A stretch of 64,000 nt of DNA from Patescibacteria group bacterium (GCA_018817715.1 JAHITT010000001.1:109781-173780); one strand, 5' to 3'. Counted from the first letter of the stretch, positions 8,109 through 18,483 are shown. Notes: generated by a model from the letters alone, not told the origin. Numbers and translations are program-made.

Positions 8109-8810
8109 TTAAATCTTACTAATTTTAATATTACTGAATAAATCACTTTGTTCAGCCACTAGCTGGTGTTGCTTAACTAATTCTAACAAGGCTAAAAAAG
8201 ATACAATCATTTCCGTTTTATCCTGCGCCCCTTTAACGAATGATAACCAATCAACATTAATTTTTTCTTTAATTAATAATCGTAGATTATTTATTTTTTC
8301 TTGAATAGAAATAACTCGCTTAAAAGCCACTTCCGGCAATTTTATTAAAGGTTCTAAAGATAAAATTAAATGCTGCCAAACATCGGACATTTTTTCAGCT
8401 GATAGGTTGGCTGGTGGTATGAACTTATCAACCGATTTAATAAATAAAGGTTTTGGTCGACCAAAAGAAATCTGGCCTGCCTGCCAGCGTTTGGCCAAAT
8501 AATTACTAGCCACTAAATATTCACGATACAATTTTAATTGAGCTTCTAATTCTTTGGCCTCCTGCTCGTCGCCCAACTGCAAACTGGGTAATAACAAACG
8601 AGATTTTATAAAAAGTAACTTAGCCGCTATCACCAAAAAATCCGCCACCTCTTCAGGATTAAGTTCTTCTACCTGGCTTAAATAAGACATATACTGATCT
8701 GTCACTTGAGCCAAAGAAACTTCGGTTATATCAAGCTCCTCCTGCTCGATAAGTTGGAGCAGGAGGTGTAAGGGGCCTTGAAATTTTTCTAAAGTTATTT
8801 GATAACTCAT
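8109..8810 (-). CDS. scpA: segregation and condensation protein A
   Basis: FQGPLHLLLQLI, KSRLLLP, FLALLELVK; start reassigned to MSYQITLEKF. Confidence 0.95.
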   Translation of the reverse strand: MSYQITLEKFQGPLHLLLQLIEQEELDITEVSLAQVTDQYMSYLSQVEELNPEEVADFLVIAAKLLFIKSRLLLPSLQLGDEQEAKELEAQLKLYREYLVASNYLAKRWQAGQISFGRPKPLFIKSVDKFIPPANLSAEKMSDVWQHLILSLEPLIKLPEVAFKRVISIQEKINNLRLLIKEKINVDWLSFVKGAQDKTEMIVSFLALLELVKQHQLVAEQSDLFSNIKISKI

Positions 8811-8811
8811 G

Positions 8812-9372
8812 TTATTTCTTAGTCTTCTTAGATTTAACAACTTTTTTAATCTTTGGTTTTTTACTAGTCGTTTTGTTTTTAGCCTTTTTAACTTTAGCAA
8901 AGTAATGCTTCTTAGCAAAATTACCTACTACGCCTTCAACGACTTTTATTAAATCCCGACTTTTTAAATGCAATGATTCTTCAAAACTACCAGCCTGCAC
9001 CAAAGCTTTTTGTGTTTTTAAAACAGCTTTATCCACATAAACCGGCATCTTATGCAACGGACCATAAAAAGGGCTAATAGCTCCAGCCTTAATTTTAAAC
9101 AACTTGGGCATAATTTGTTCTTTTTCTATTTTAACCGCCTTAGCTTTAAGCATTTTTTTTAAAGCTGACAAATCCAACCGAAAAGAAGCTGGCACCACCA
9201 CCAAAATATACGATTTATCAGCTTTAACAACCAAGGTTTTTAAAACCTTGTCCATTTCTTTTTTCATGGTTTGAGCTAAATCATAAGCCGTATAAACAGT
9301 CCGATGCAAAGCCACCTCATAAGGTACTTTATTTTTTGTTAAAAAATTGGTTATTTTACTTGGTATTTTCAT
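8812..9372 (-). CDS. YbaK/EbsC family aminoacyl-tRNA deacylase with Lys-rich tail
   Basis: KTLVVK, GAISPF and VYVD motifs. Confidence 0.85.
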   Translation of the reverse strand: MKIPSKITNFLTKNKVPYEVALHRTVYTAYDLAQTMKKEMDKVLKTLVVKADKSYILVVVPASFRLDLSALKKMLKAKAVKIEKEQIMPKLFKIKAGAISPFYGPLHKMPVYVDKAVLKTQKALVQAGSFEESLHLKSRDLIKVVEGVVGNFAKKHYFAKVKKAKNKTTSKKPKIKKVVKSKKTKK

Positions 9373-9396
9373 ATTAATTTATGATTAATGATTAAT

Positions 9397-9690
9397 TTAA
9401 AAAGTTGTTGGTAAGGGAACATTTAAAAAACGAGACAAAATTAAACCGATTAAAGCTAAAATAACCACCCCAATAACTAGCCGCCATAAAATATGGGTTA
9501 CTACCTTTAACACCACCACCACCAATATAACAACCAAAAGCCCTAAAGCCCAAGTTGGCAAATCCTGATCCAAGCGCCAAACCTGATTATTACCCAAAGG
9601 AATGGTTATTTTTGGTAAAGTGACATAAGAAGCCACAATTGTGCCCATAACACCCAACCAAGACAAAACTTTTTGAATTAATCCGGCCAT
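9397..9690 (-). CDS. hypothetical membrane protein
   Basis: Co-oriented ORF in operon; 2-3 hydrophobic segments. Confidence 0.7.
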   Translation of the reverse strand: MAGLIQKVLSWLGVMGTIVASYVTLPKITIPLGNNQVWRLDQDLPTWALGLLVVILVVVVLKVVTHILWRLVIGVVILALIGLILSRFLNVPLPTTF

Positions 9691-9694
9691 AATT

Positions 9695-10018
9695 TTACTT
9701 TTTAAGTATTAATTTTTTTAAAGGCAGGGGTAAGGGTGGCTGTTGGCCTATTAAACGCTTGGCCACTTTTTTGCCCACGGCCGTTAATTTAATCTCACTA
9801 ATAAACCATTTCCTAGGTGTACGCACGCCATAACCTTTTAACAAAGAACGATCAATTAAACTTTCCAAACTTTTAGTTACACTACCCACTTGGGCATCAT
9901 GCTTAGGTGCTTTAGTTAAATTTTGATAATACTTCATAAAAACCAAACGCGGCACCTTAGCTGTAGAATTTAAATAACAGCTTTTCAAAATATATTTTTG
10001 TAAAGCCGAAAAATGCAT
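9695..10018 (-). CDS. hypothetical basic protein, possible winged helix
   Basis: SVTKSLESLIDRSLL...IKLTAVGKK resembles a wHTH C-terminus; weak. Confidence 0.65.
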   Translation of the reverse strand: MHFSALQKYILKSCYLNSTAKVPRLVFMKYYQNLTKAPKHDAQVGSVTKSLESLIDRSLLKGYGVRTPRKWFISEIKLTAVGKKVAKRLIGQQPPLPLPLKKLILKK

Positions 10019-10023
10019 AAAAA

Positions 10024-10686
10024 TTACAACAACTTAACATGATTAATAACTATACCAAAACGCCAACCCAACACCTCAGCCGCTTTACGACAATAAGCCA
10101 TCCGTTCGCTAAAAATTTGAAAATATTCCATCAAAGGAGCTCGATTAACATCAATAATCAATTTTAAAGTAACAATCTTATTTTTAGCATCAATTTTTAA
10201 TTGATTGTCAGTCACTGCGTAATTAAGACGGTCGTGAATATCTTTTTTTAAATTAGCTGGGCTGGGATTAATAACGCGACTACGCCGAACATCCGATTTA
10301 TCGGCAATAATCAAACAAGCTGCTATTTTGCTAGGAATTTTTATCTCATCTTTATCGTGAGCCACAATGGCCTGCGTAACTACAGCTAAATCTCGAGGAG
10401 TCATTTTGTCACGAAAAGTTTCATGAAACATTATACCCGCCCAATAATGATGCTGAGTCCGACCCAAAAAATTAGCCATATCATGGCACCAACCAGCCAT
10501 AGCCGACAATTCCTGTTGGCGTTTAGGTAATTTAACGGCCTGAGCCAAAGCTTGAGCCCGCTCGGCCACAATGGCCACATGCTTAAAACCATGGTCGGTA
10601 AAACCTAACCAGGCCATATAATCCTGAGTCTGCTGAATATATTCCGTTATATAAGGGTTACTTTTTATATCTTCAAAGGTAATCAT
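10024..10686 (-). CDS. HD-domain phosphohydrolase
   Basis: TDHGFKH, WCHD, IVAHD, IADKSDVRRSRV. Confidence 0.88.
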   Translation of the reverse strand: MITFEDIKSNPYITEYIQQTQDYMAWLGFTDHGFKHVAIVAERAQALAQAVKLPKRQQELSAMAGWCHDMANFLGRTQHHYWAGIMFHETFRDKMTPRDLAVVTQAIVAHDKDEIKIPSKIAACLIIADKSDVRRSRVINPSPANLKKDIHDRLNYAVTDNQLKIDAKNKIVTLKLIIDVNRAPLMEYFQIFSERMAYCRKAAEVLGWRFGIVINHVKLL

Positions 10687-11221
10687 ATTTTTTTGCTATT
10701 TTTAACCAATCCTTTTTTAAAACAGATAAAACATATTCATCTTTAAACTCTTGCCCCTTCTTAACTCTCTGCCGTAAACAACCTTCTAACTTATAACCAC
10801 ATTTTAAACTGTATTGCAAACTACGGGGATTATTTTTATAAACATAGCTTTCTATCCGATTCAAACCGAGTTTTGTATAAGCAAATTTTAAAAGCGTCAT
10901 TTTAGCATCGCTACCATAACCCTTATTCCAAAAAGCTTTAGCTATAAAAGCTCCGGTGGAAGCGCGACCATGTTCTTTAACAATATGACCCAAAGTCATA
11001 ATACCAATTGGTTCCTGGCTAACATTAGTTTCAATAATAAAATGGTATGATTTTTTATCTTTAATCATTTTAGCAACTTTGGCTTTTTCGGCAGCTAAAG
11101 TCTTTACACCGCTGGTTAGTAAAAAACGGTTAACCCGCTGATCATTAATTAACTTATAAAGCCACTTATAATCAGACAATTTTAACGGACGCAACTGAAC
11201 TTTTTTTCCTTGTAAAACCAT
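10673..11221 (-). CDS. GNAT N-acetyltransferase (RimJ/RimL type)
   Basis: LRPL, FWNKGYGSDA, LNRIES..NPRS...GYKLEG. Confidence 0.9.
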   Translation of the reverse strand: MVLQGKKVQLRPLKLSDYKWLYKLINDQRVNRFLLTSGVKTLAAEKAKVAKMIKDKKSYHFIIETNVSQEPIGIMTLGHIVKEHGRASTGAFIAKAFWNKGYGSDAKMTLLKFAYTKLGLNRIESYVYKNNPRSLQYSLKCGYKLEGCLRQRVKKGQEFKDEYVLSVLKKDWLKIAKKYDYL

Positions 11222-11226
11222 GACAA

Positions 11227-12645
11227 CTATTTTTTTGAAAAATTAATACCCAATTCAACAAGTTGTGCGGGATCAACCTGGCTAGGCGCGCCCATTAACG
11301 GATCCCGGACGTCACCGGTTAAGGGAAAAGCAATGACTTCCCGAATATTCTTTTCGCCGCATAAAATTGAAACCAAACGATCCAAACCCGGCGCAATACC
11401 GCCATGTGGCGGTACGCCATATTGAAAAGCTTCAATCAAATGACTAAACTGCTGTTTTTGCTCAACAGAAAATCCAATCAAATCCCAAATTTTTTCCTGA
11501 ATCTGAGCTTCGTGGATACGCAAGCTGCCGCCACCGACTTCCAAACCATTCAAAACTAAATCATGCTGATAAGACCGCACCCGCCCCGGATCCGTGTCCA
11601 GCCAGGGCACATCCTCTTCTTTGGGTCTAGTAAACATATGATGCGACGGCGCCCAAACGCTTTGACCTGAACCGTGAAAAAAATCTTCTGTTGTCTGTTT
11701 ATTGAATAAAGGAAAATCCACTATCCAAGCAAAGGCTAATTCATTAACATCCTCCTTATTTTGCCGTAAGTCTGGTTTGTCAGTACCATATTGGGCCATA
11801 ACTTCTTGATATTTTAACCGAGGCCAGGGCATGGTAGAAAAATATTTATCTGGAAAAAGTTTTTTAACCAAAGAAGTAAACATCTCTTCTGTTAAACTAA
11901 GCAACTCATCCTGGGACATAAAAGATGTTTCCATATCAATTTGATAAAATTCCCCCGGACTACGATCGGCCCGCGCATCTTCATCCCTAAAACAAGGGGC
12001 TATTTGAAAATACCTTTCAAACCCAGCCACCATTAATAACTGTTTATATTGCTGAGGTGATTGGGGTAAAGCAAAAAATTGTCCTGGATGCACCCGCGAA
12101 GGCACTAAATAATCCCGAGCACCTTCTGGAGTAGATTTAGATAAAATGGGTGTTTGGATATAAGTAAAATCTTTGGCTGTTAAATAATCAATTACATAAT
12201 TAATAATCTGACCCCGTAATTTAATATTACGCGACATCCGTTCGTGTCGTAAATCTAAATAACGGTACTTTAACCTTAATTCTTCGCTGGCTTGCCTATC
12301 CTCGTTGGCTATTTCAAAGGGCGGAGTTTTAGCTGAATTTATTATAGTTATTTGACTAGCTTCTATTTCAATAGCTCCACTGGTTAAAGCTGTGTTCTCT
12401 CGGCCACTCTCTCGAGTTTTAACAGTACCCTGCACCGCTACTACATACTCCGGACGTATTTCTTTGGCCGCCACTAAAGACTCTTGGGATAAATTAGGAG
12501 AAATAACCACCTGAACCAAACCAGAGGTATCACGTAAATCAATAAAAATCATTTTACCCAAATTACGCCGACCATTAACCCAGCCTTTCAGTAAGACTTG
12601 CTCTCCTATTTTATTAACCGCTTCTTTAATAAAAATACGTTGCAT
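11227..12645 (-). CDS. aspS: aspartate--tRNA ligase, short bacterial type without GAD insertion
   Basis: RLKYRYLDLR, TPEGARDYLVPSR, LPQSPQ, CFRDED, PPHGGIAPGLDR. Confidence 0.95.
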   Translation of the reverse strand: MQRIFIKEAVNKIGEQVLLKGWVNGRRNLGKMIFIDLRDTSGLVQVVISPNLSQESLVAAKEIRPEYVVAVQGTVKTRESGRENTALTSGAIEIEASQITIINSAKTPPFEIANEDRQASEELRLKYRYLDLRHERMSRNIKLRGQIINYVIDYLTAKDFTYIQTPILSKSTPEGARDYLVPSRVHPGQFFALPQSPQQYKQLLMVAGFERYFQIAPCFRDEDARADRSPGEFYQIDMETSFMSQDELLSLTEEMFTSLVKKLFPDKYFSTMPWPRLKYQEVMAQYGTDKPDLRQNKEDVNELAFAWIVDFPLFNKQTTEDFFHGSGQSVWAPSHHMFTRPKEEDVPWLDTDPGRVRSYQHDLVLNGLEVGGGSLRIHEAQIQEKIWDLIGFSVEQKQQFSHLIEAFQYGVPPHGGIAPGLDRLVSILCGEKNIREVIAFPLTGDVRDPLMGAPSQVDPAQLVELGINFSKK

Positions 12646-12677
12646 AAGATATAGAAGTAAAAATCTAGAATATAAAA

Positions 12678-13967
12678 TTACGGCCTTAACCTGTTAAGCA
12701 ATCTGGGAAACGGAATGCTTTCTCGAATATGCTTTAAACCACACAGCCAAGCCACAATTCTTTCCAAACCGTAACCAAAACCAGAATGCGGCACTGAACC
12801 ATACTTTCTTAAATCTAAATACCAACCAAAATCACTGAGTGATAAATTATGTTCCAACATCCGTTTTTTTAATTCTTCATAATTATCTTCACGCTGACTA
12901 CCGCCAATTATTTCACCATAACCTTCCGGAGCCAACAAATCAGCGTTCAGCACTCTAGTTGGATCACTTGGATCCCGCTTCATATAAAAAGCCTTAACCT
13001 CGGCTGGATATTTTTCCACAAAAACCGGCCGATCATACATTTTAGTCAAAATTGTTTCATCATCCGCTCCTAAATCATCCAAATCACCTATGTCGCTACC
13101 CTGCTGTCTTAATTTATTAACGGCTTCAAGGTGAGTTAATCTGTAAAATGGTGCCTTAATATTTTGCAAAGGAGTTAAATCACGTTCCAAGATTTGTAAC
13201 TCAGTTAAATTATCTCGCAAAACAGCTTGAACAATAAAAATTATTAAAGCTTCTTGAATTTTTAAATTGTCTTCATGTTCAACAAAAGCTGCCTCGGCAT
13301 CCATCATCCAAAATTCTATTAAATGCCGACGGGTCTTGGATTTTTCTGCCCGAAAAACCGGCCCAAAATCAAATACTCGCCCCAAGGAACTAATAGCCGC
13401 TTCCAAATACAACTGCCCAGATTGAGTTAAATAAGCTGGCTCGCCAAAATAATCCAATTCAAATAAACTAGTTGTACCCTCACAAGCTGTGGGTGTTAAA
13501 ATTGGTGAATCAAATTTAATAAACCCCTGACTGTTCAAATAACTAAAGGTGGCGTTAATAATGGTATTACGAACTCGCTGAATTGCCCATTGCCTAGATG
13601 ATCTTAACCACAAATGACGATTGTCCAACAAAAAATCCGGGCCATGCTCTTTTTTGCTTATGGGATATTCGGCAGCTAAAGAAATTATTTTTACCTCCGT
13701 AGCCTGCAATTCATACTGTTCCAATTTAGGATGCTTAGCGACCACCCCCACCACACTTAAAGACGACTCTATAGTTAAAGCCTGACAATCAACTAAACTA
13801 GCAGCCGCCACCTTAGCGGCATCTACTACCACTTGGCTAAAACCAAAACCATCTCTAACTTGCAAAAACCAAATTTTACCCGAAGATCGACTATTAACCA
13901 GCCAGCCCTTAATTTCGACTGTTTGACCTAAAAAATCCTTTAATTGATGGGATTTAACATACTGCAT
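12678..13967 (-). CDS. asnS: asparagine--tRNA ligase
   Basis: RHLWLR, YLTQSGQLYLE, FRAEKSKTRRHL, GEIIGGSQRE, PHSGFGYGLER. Confidence 0.97.
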   Translation of the reverse strand: MQYVKSHQLKDFLGQTVEIKGWLVNSRSSGKIWFLQVRDGFGFSQVVVDAAKVAAASLVDCQALTIESSLSVVGVVAKHPKLEQYELQATEVKIISLAAEYPISKKEHGPDFLLDNRHLWLRSSRQWAIQRVRNTIINATFSYLNSQGFIKFDSPILTPTACEGTTSLFELDYFGEPAYLTQSGQLYLEAAISSLGRVFDFGPVFRAEKSKTRRHLIEFWMMDAEAAFVEHEDNLKIQEALIIFIVQAVLRDNLTELQILERDLTPLQNIKAPFYRLTHLEAVNKLRQQGSDIGDLDDLGADDETILTKMYDRPVFVEKYPAEVKAFYMKRDPSDPTRVLNADLLAPEGYGEIIGGSQREDNYEELKKRMLEHNLSLSDFGWYLDLRKYGSVPHSGFGYGLERIVAWLCGLKHIRESIPFPRLLNRLRP

Positions 13968-14113
13968 AGTCACCATAGTATACTATTTTTCCTTTAAATT
14001 GGCAAAAAATACTCCTTAAAATTAAGATCTTAAATCTAAACTAATTATCAATTACTAAAAACTCTTACTCTTATTCCTAGCTTGTGTTATTCTAAATCTC
14101 ATTAAGCTTAAGT

Positions 14114-14599
14114 ATGCTAGAAAAAATAAAACAATTAACTTGGAAATTATTCGAACCAATCTTCCCGTCAGTCAGAGATTTTTGGGTTTTCTTGGGATTT
14201 ATTAAACATTCGACCAGACAGCCTCACCTATTAGGTAAATTAAAACCTGGACTAACTAAAAAATCTTTGCGGACCAAATTAAACTTGGCTGGCTTCAGCG
14301 ATGATTATTTGGCTTGGATAGATCCAGACGAAATATTAAATATGCGGAAAATCGTTAAAACAATTTACCAATATCACGTTCGACTATTTTTAGACGGTGA
14401 AATTAGAGGACACTACGAATATACAGCAGAAAGTCACCCTTTTAAACATCTTTACGATAAGGGTATGACAGATGGTCGGGATTATTTGCTACCTCTTTTA
14501 CAGGATCTACTACTACCCGAAGTGGCCAAATTAAATCCCAAATCGCCGCCGCCACATTCTGAGGATTCCCTCTTAAAGGAAAATGATGCAAATCAATAA
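14114..14599 (+). CDS. hypothetical protein
   Basis: 161-aa ORF with YQYHVRLFLDGEIRGHYE segment; 3' end overlaps the convergent gene. Confidence 0.75.
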   Translation: MLEKIKQLTWKLFEPIFPSVRDFWVFLGFIKHSTRQPHLLGKLKPGLTKKSLRTKLNLAGFSDDYLAWIDPDEILNMRKIVKTIYQYHVRLFLDGEIRGHYEYTAESHPFKHLYDKGMTDGRDYLLPLLQDLLLPEVAKLNPKSPPPHSEDSLLKENDANQ

Positions 14600-15722
14600 A
14601 AGGTAAACTATTGCATTCAATTATTCCTGAACCCGGCTGTTCTTGCCAAGGCCGACTAATATCCTCCAAAATCATATCAAAACCGATAATTGAATCAGCT
14701 ACCACACTGGCTGCTCGTTCGAATAATAACCTGTTTTGCGGATGAACCTGATCGGTTACTTCAATAGTCGCGCCACCCAAACCACGATTAACTTTGCGAT
14801 TTAAAAAAACCCTAGTTCCTGGCCCGGGCACCGATAACCAATTATAGCCTTGGCTAGTTAATTCTGATTCTGTCTCCTGATTTTTAATCACTGGGGAAAA
14901 AACTTCCGCTTGACCAGACTTTTGCTGATTAATCTGATCAACCAATTGATCAATAGTACTTAAACCGTCGCCTAATACACTGGCTAATTCCCGGCGAGCT
15001 ACGGCTTGCAATTTTAATTTAATTACCGTAGCTCGATGAACTTCACCTGTTAACTGCTCTTCAATTATCACCCAGGGGCTAATTTTTTGCGCTGAATAAA
15101 AAGCCTTAACCAATTGACTACGGGTCATAATATTACTAAAAGTATGACGACTTCTGGAACCAAACCTTGGTTTAACGATTAAAGGACCACCTAACTTATC
15201 AAAAATACTAAGGGCTTTTTTTACTAAAACCGCGCTACCGCCACGAGCAATCGGTAAACCAGCCGCCTGAAATTTTTGGCGCATAATAGCCTTGTCATCC
15301 ATCCAAGATAAACCAATTGTTGGACCAACTGGTCGAGGTAAGCCGTCAAAAATATAATAATGACCGTTTAGACTAGCTACCATTATATCAGTTGGTCTTT
15401 TAAACAAACGCCACTCTTTTAAAACAATACCGCGCCTTAAAGCCTCTTGCCACAAAACTTTAGTACGTGAATTATGATCGGGTCTTAAATCTTCAACTAT
15501 CTCCGCTAAACCCAATCGGGCGGTTCCCAACATAATTGTATAAGCCAACTTATGCCAAGCCCGACTAAGCCTAAGTGGCTGAAAAAAGACAGCGATTTTC
15601 TCCAAAACTTTTATATAGGGCTTAAGTAGTTGATCAATCAAACTGGTCCACCAAGCTAAACGATGAGAAGTTGGCGCTGAACCACAATCAACACAAATTG
15701 TTTTTCTTTTAATTTTAGACAT
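14442..15722 (-). CDS. ATP-grasp ligase related to cyanophycin synthetase / GshAB ATP-grasp domain
   Basis: DDK, LIVKP, IIEEQLTG, GDGLSTI, GFDMI, IIECNSLPFIDLH. Confidence 0.8.
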   Translation of the reverse strand: MSKIKRKTICVDCGSAPTSHRLAWWTSLIDQLLKPYIKVLEKIAVFFQPLRLSRAWHKLAYTIMLGTARLGLAEIVEDLRPDHNSRTKVLWQEALRRGIVLKEWRLFKRPTDIMVASLNGHYYIFDGLPRPVGPTIGLSWMDDKAIMRQKFQAAGLPIARGGSAVLVKKALSIFDKLGGPLIVKPRFGSRSRHTFSNIMTRSQLVKAFYSAQKISPWVIIEEQLTGEVHRATVIKLKLQAVARRELASVLGDGLSTIDQLVDQINQQKSGQAEVFSPVIKNQETESELTSQGYNWLSVPGPGTRVFLNRKVNRGLGGATIEVTDQVHPQNRLLFERAASVVADSIIGFDMILEDISRPWQEQPGSGIIECNSLPFIDLHHFPLRGNPQNVAAAIWDLIWPLRVVVDPVKEVANNPDHLSYPYRKDV

Positions 15723-15843
15723 AACTGATTTCTGATTGTAACAATTGACCTAAATAAAGTAAACAACTTTAACACAAAATATCAACAACAAACTACCAAT
15801 TTTGGGTATTAGTCAAGACCGCTAACTGGTAAACAACTTATAG

Positions 15844-16482
15844 CTATTCAACTTTACGGTTTAAAATTTTTTGTTTAAACCATCTTTTAAAGACTTGACG
15901 ACTTTTACTATCGCCCAATAATTGCCACAAAACAGGTAAAACAGAAAAAACAATTATAGCCAAAATTATTAGCAATAAATACTTATCTGCCTGGGGCAAA
16001 ATAGTACCCAAATAATAACCCAAAATAGTTACACCAATGGCCCAAAAAAAACCACCGACTAAATTATAAACAATAAAAGTCCGATAGTGCATGCCACCAA
16101 TACCAGCCAAAATCGGCGCCAAGGTACGAACACCAGGAATAAACCTGGCTAATATAATAGTCTTACCACCGTGCGTCTGATAAAACGCTTTGGCTTGTTC
16201 CAAACGCTCTTGCTTAAAAAAGAATGAATCCGGTCTAGTAAAAAAATTACGACCGACCCTCTTACCAAACGTATAACCAACACTATCACCTAAAACAGCC
16301 GCACTAAAACACAGTATAACCAACCAGCCAATATCAAAATAACCCTGGGCCGCTAACAAACCGGCGGTAAAAAGCAAACTGTCACCAGGAAAAAAAATTC
16401 CCACCAAAACACCTGACTCGGCAAAAATAACCAACCACAAGCCTAAATATCCAGCAGCAATTATAAAATCTCTTAAATCCAT
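15844..16482 (-). CDS. DedA/VTT family membrane protein
   Basis: FAESG..FFPGDSLLF, ARFIPGVRT. Confidence 0.95.
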   Translation of the reverse strand: MDLRDFIIAAGYLGLWLVIFAESGVLVGIFFPGDSLLFTAGLLAAQGYFDIGWLVILCFSAAVLGDSVGYTFGKRVGRNFFTRPDSFFFKQERLEQAKAFYQTHGGKTIILARFIPGVRTLAPILAGIGGMHYRTFIVYNLVGGFFWAIGVTILGYYLGTILPQADKYLLLIILAIIVFSVLPVLWQLLGDSKSRQVFKRWFKQKILNRKVE

Positions 16483-16517
16483 AACTTAGATATTAACACA
16501 ACTAAATCCTCTTCTAT

Positions 16518-16883
16518 TTATAAACCAGCTAAAGGCCTAGAGCGTTGATTCAATCGATTATTTTGCACTAACCAAGAAATTAAACTTAATAACAAGCTAA
16601 ACAATAAAGCTGATAAAAAACTATCCACAGCAAAACCCGGCACCAGCCAAGCGGTTAAAGTTATTAATAAAGCATTAAGCATCAAAGCAAACAAGCCAAA
16701 AGTTAATAAAGTTATGGGCAAAGTTAATACTATCAAAAAAGGCTTTAAGAAAACATTAATTAAACCTAAAACCAAGGCTGTGGCCAAAGCAGCCACTAGG
16801 CTCGTTAAATGGATGCCCGGTAAAATATAAGATAAAGCGACTATCACTAAAGTATTAATTAACCAATATCTTAAAAAATTCAT
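16518..16883 (-). CDS. 4-TMS holin-like (YvlD-type) membrane protein
   Basis: LKPFLIVLTLPITLLTFGLF..NAL. Confidence 0.85.
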   Translation of the reverse strand: MNFLRYWLINTLVIVALSYILPGIHLTSLVAALATALVLGLINVFLKPFLIVLTLPITLLTFGLFALMLNALLITLTAWLVPGFAVDSFLSALLFSLLLSLISWLVQNNRLNQRSRPLAGL

Positions 16884-17689
16884 AAATTATTTTTTATATC
16901 AACTAAAGTTCGCACCTGATTAGATAATACTCCCTCTAATTCAATCCAAGGAATTATAACTGTTCTTAAGCCGGCCGCATAAGCCGCCACTTGATAAGGA
17001 TCAAAATACAATTCCAACCCGACTGGTTGGATTGTAAATTTAGAAAAATTAGCCAAAGTAGGTGCCGCTCCTTGTTTAATAAGGGTTAACGACAATCCAT
17101 CATCATCTTTTAAATCTGGTTGGCTGGCCAGATTTAAAATAGCCAAAGAGGATAAAATTTCCAGATAATTCGTTTGGCTTTTAAATAAATCAGCTAATTC
17201 AATTATTTTTTTATCTTTAACCGAATAGTTAACTGTTTCCGAAAAACTATTGGGGTGAGCTGCGCCAGTTAAATAGTTGGAAATATTAAAACGCCAACTA
17301 ACCAAAATCGTAGTGGCTTGTTTTAAATCATAATCTACATTAAGTGAACTTGAATAAAAATCTTCTGGGCTAACCCTGGCACCATCCCAATCGGATAATT
17401 CTTGTTTAAAAGTAGTTATTTGTTTAACAGCGGCCTGATAAGCTAATTCATTCAAAATCGTTGAATCAACTTCCTCGGCAGTAAAAAAAGGATAAGCTAC
17501 TTTAACATAGTAAGATGTTTGGTCTGTCCCCTCCTCAATAGTTTTGGTTACATAAGATAAATTCTGGCCTGGTTGATAACTGGAACGATTTTGGCCTAAC
17601 CAATAGCCTAAACTGCCCAATAACAACACTACCAGCAAAACTATAGTAGGTTTAATTTTCTTATAATCAAAATTATTTTTAATCTCCAT
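16880..17689 (-). CDS. DUF3298/DUF4163 (RsiV/PdaC-like) membrane-anchored protein
   Basis: TM helix, YLTGAAHPN, LADLF, FDPYQVAAYAAG..VIIPW. Confidence 0.85.
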   Translation of the reverse strand: MEIKNNFDYKKIKPTIVLLVVLLLGSLGYWLGQNRSSYQPGQNLSYVTKTIEEGTDQTSYYVKVAYPFFTAEEVDSTILNELAYQAAVKQITTFKQELSDWDGARVSPEDFYSSSLNVDYDLKQATTILVSWRFNISNYLTGAAHPNSFSETVNYSVKDKKIIELADLFKSQTNYLEILSSLAILNLASQPDLKDDDGLSLTLIKQGAAPTLANFSKFTIQPVGLELYFDPYQVAAYAAGLRTVIIPWIELEGVLSNQVRTLVDIKNNL

Positions 17690-17766
17690 CTAAAGACATT
17701 TTAGCACGACTAACAACCCCTTTTAATCAATTAAGTTTATTTTAGGCTAAGATTAGCCAAACCTAA

Positions 17767-18483
17767 TTAACCGTATAAGTATTTACGACGTTTTTTCTCT
17801 GGTAAACGTTCAATGGCATAACGCAACATGGTACGGGGCATTAAACGATAATTAATTTCTAAAAAATCTTCCAACACAACTTGACCGCATCTTTTACCAA
17901 CCTCTCTTAACATCCAGCCAACCGCTTTATGAATTAAATCCTGCTGATCATTAAGCAATATTTTAGCCAAAACCAAAGTGTCTTGGGCTTCCTGCTGTTT
18001 AATAAAATAAAAAGTAGCTAAAATAGCTTGGCGCCGGCGCCATAAATTTGCTGATTTAGCCATCTTATACAATGGTCGACGTGATCTAGTAAATAAGTAA
18101 GCACCCAATATTTTATCAGCTGACAAATCCACCAAATCCCAATTATTTACAAATCGCCAATTTTGAAAATAAAAATCATAAATCTTTTTTCTTAACTTAA
18201 CATCGGCTGATTCAAAAATCTTTACCAAAATTAATAAAGCTAACAAACGTTGCTCGTGAATCGGCGAGCTTAATAAAATTTTTACTTCTACTAAACTACA
18301 TAAAGAATAATATTGCTTTACCAAATACCTAATTTCCGGCACGGTCACCCCCCAAAAAATATCCCCGGCGGCATACTGACCCGGCCCGGTCTTAAAAAAA
18401 CTTTGTAAAACCAAAGCTTTACCAGGCTGGGATCGTTTTTTTAATTGACTAATAATTTCCTTTATTAACTTTTGTTTAACCAT
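17767..18483 (-). CDS. DNA alkylation repair enzyme (AlkD-like)
   Basis: FFKTGPGQY, NNWDLVD, HKAVGWMLRE, PRTMLRYAIE. Confidence 0.92.
   Translation of the reverse strand: MVKQKLIKEIISQLKKRSQPGKALVLQSFFKTGPGQYAAGDIFWGVTVPEIRYLVKQYYSLCSLVEVKILLSSPIHEQRLLALLILVKIFESADVKLRKKIYDFYFQNWRFVNNWDLVDLSADKILGAYLFTRSRRPLYKMAKSANLWRRRQAILATFYFIKQQEAQDTLVLAKILLNDQQDLIHKAVGWMLREVGKRCGQVVLEDFLEINYRLMPRTMLRYAIERLPEKKRRKYLYG

Noticed and set aside
14442-15722. Calling the gene cyanophycin synthetase (cphA)
   Set aside because: Only the ATP-grasp part is present; no Mur-ligase domain and no adjacent cyanophycinase.
16518-16883. Holin-like gene as evidence of a prophage
   Set aside because: The YvlD-type family is commonly chromosomal; no phage structural, terminase or integrase genes nearby.
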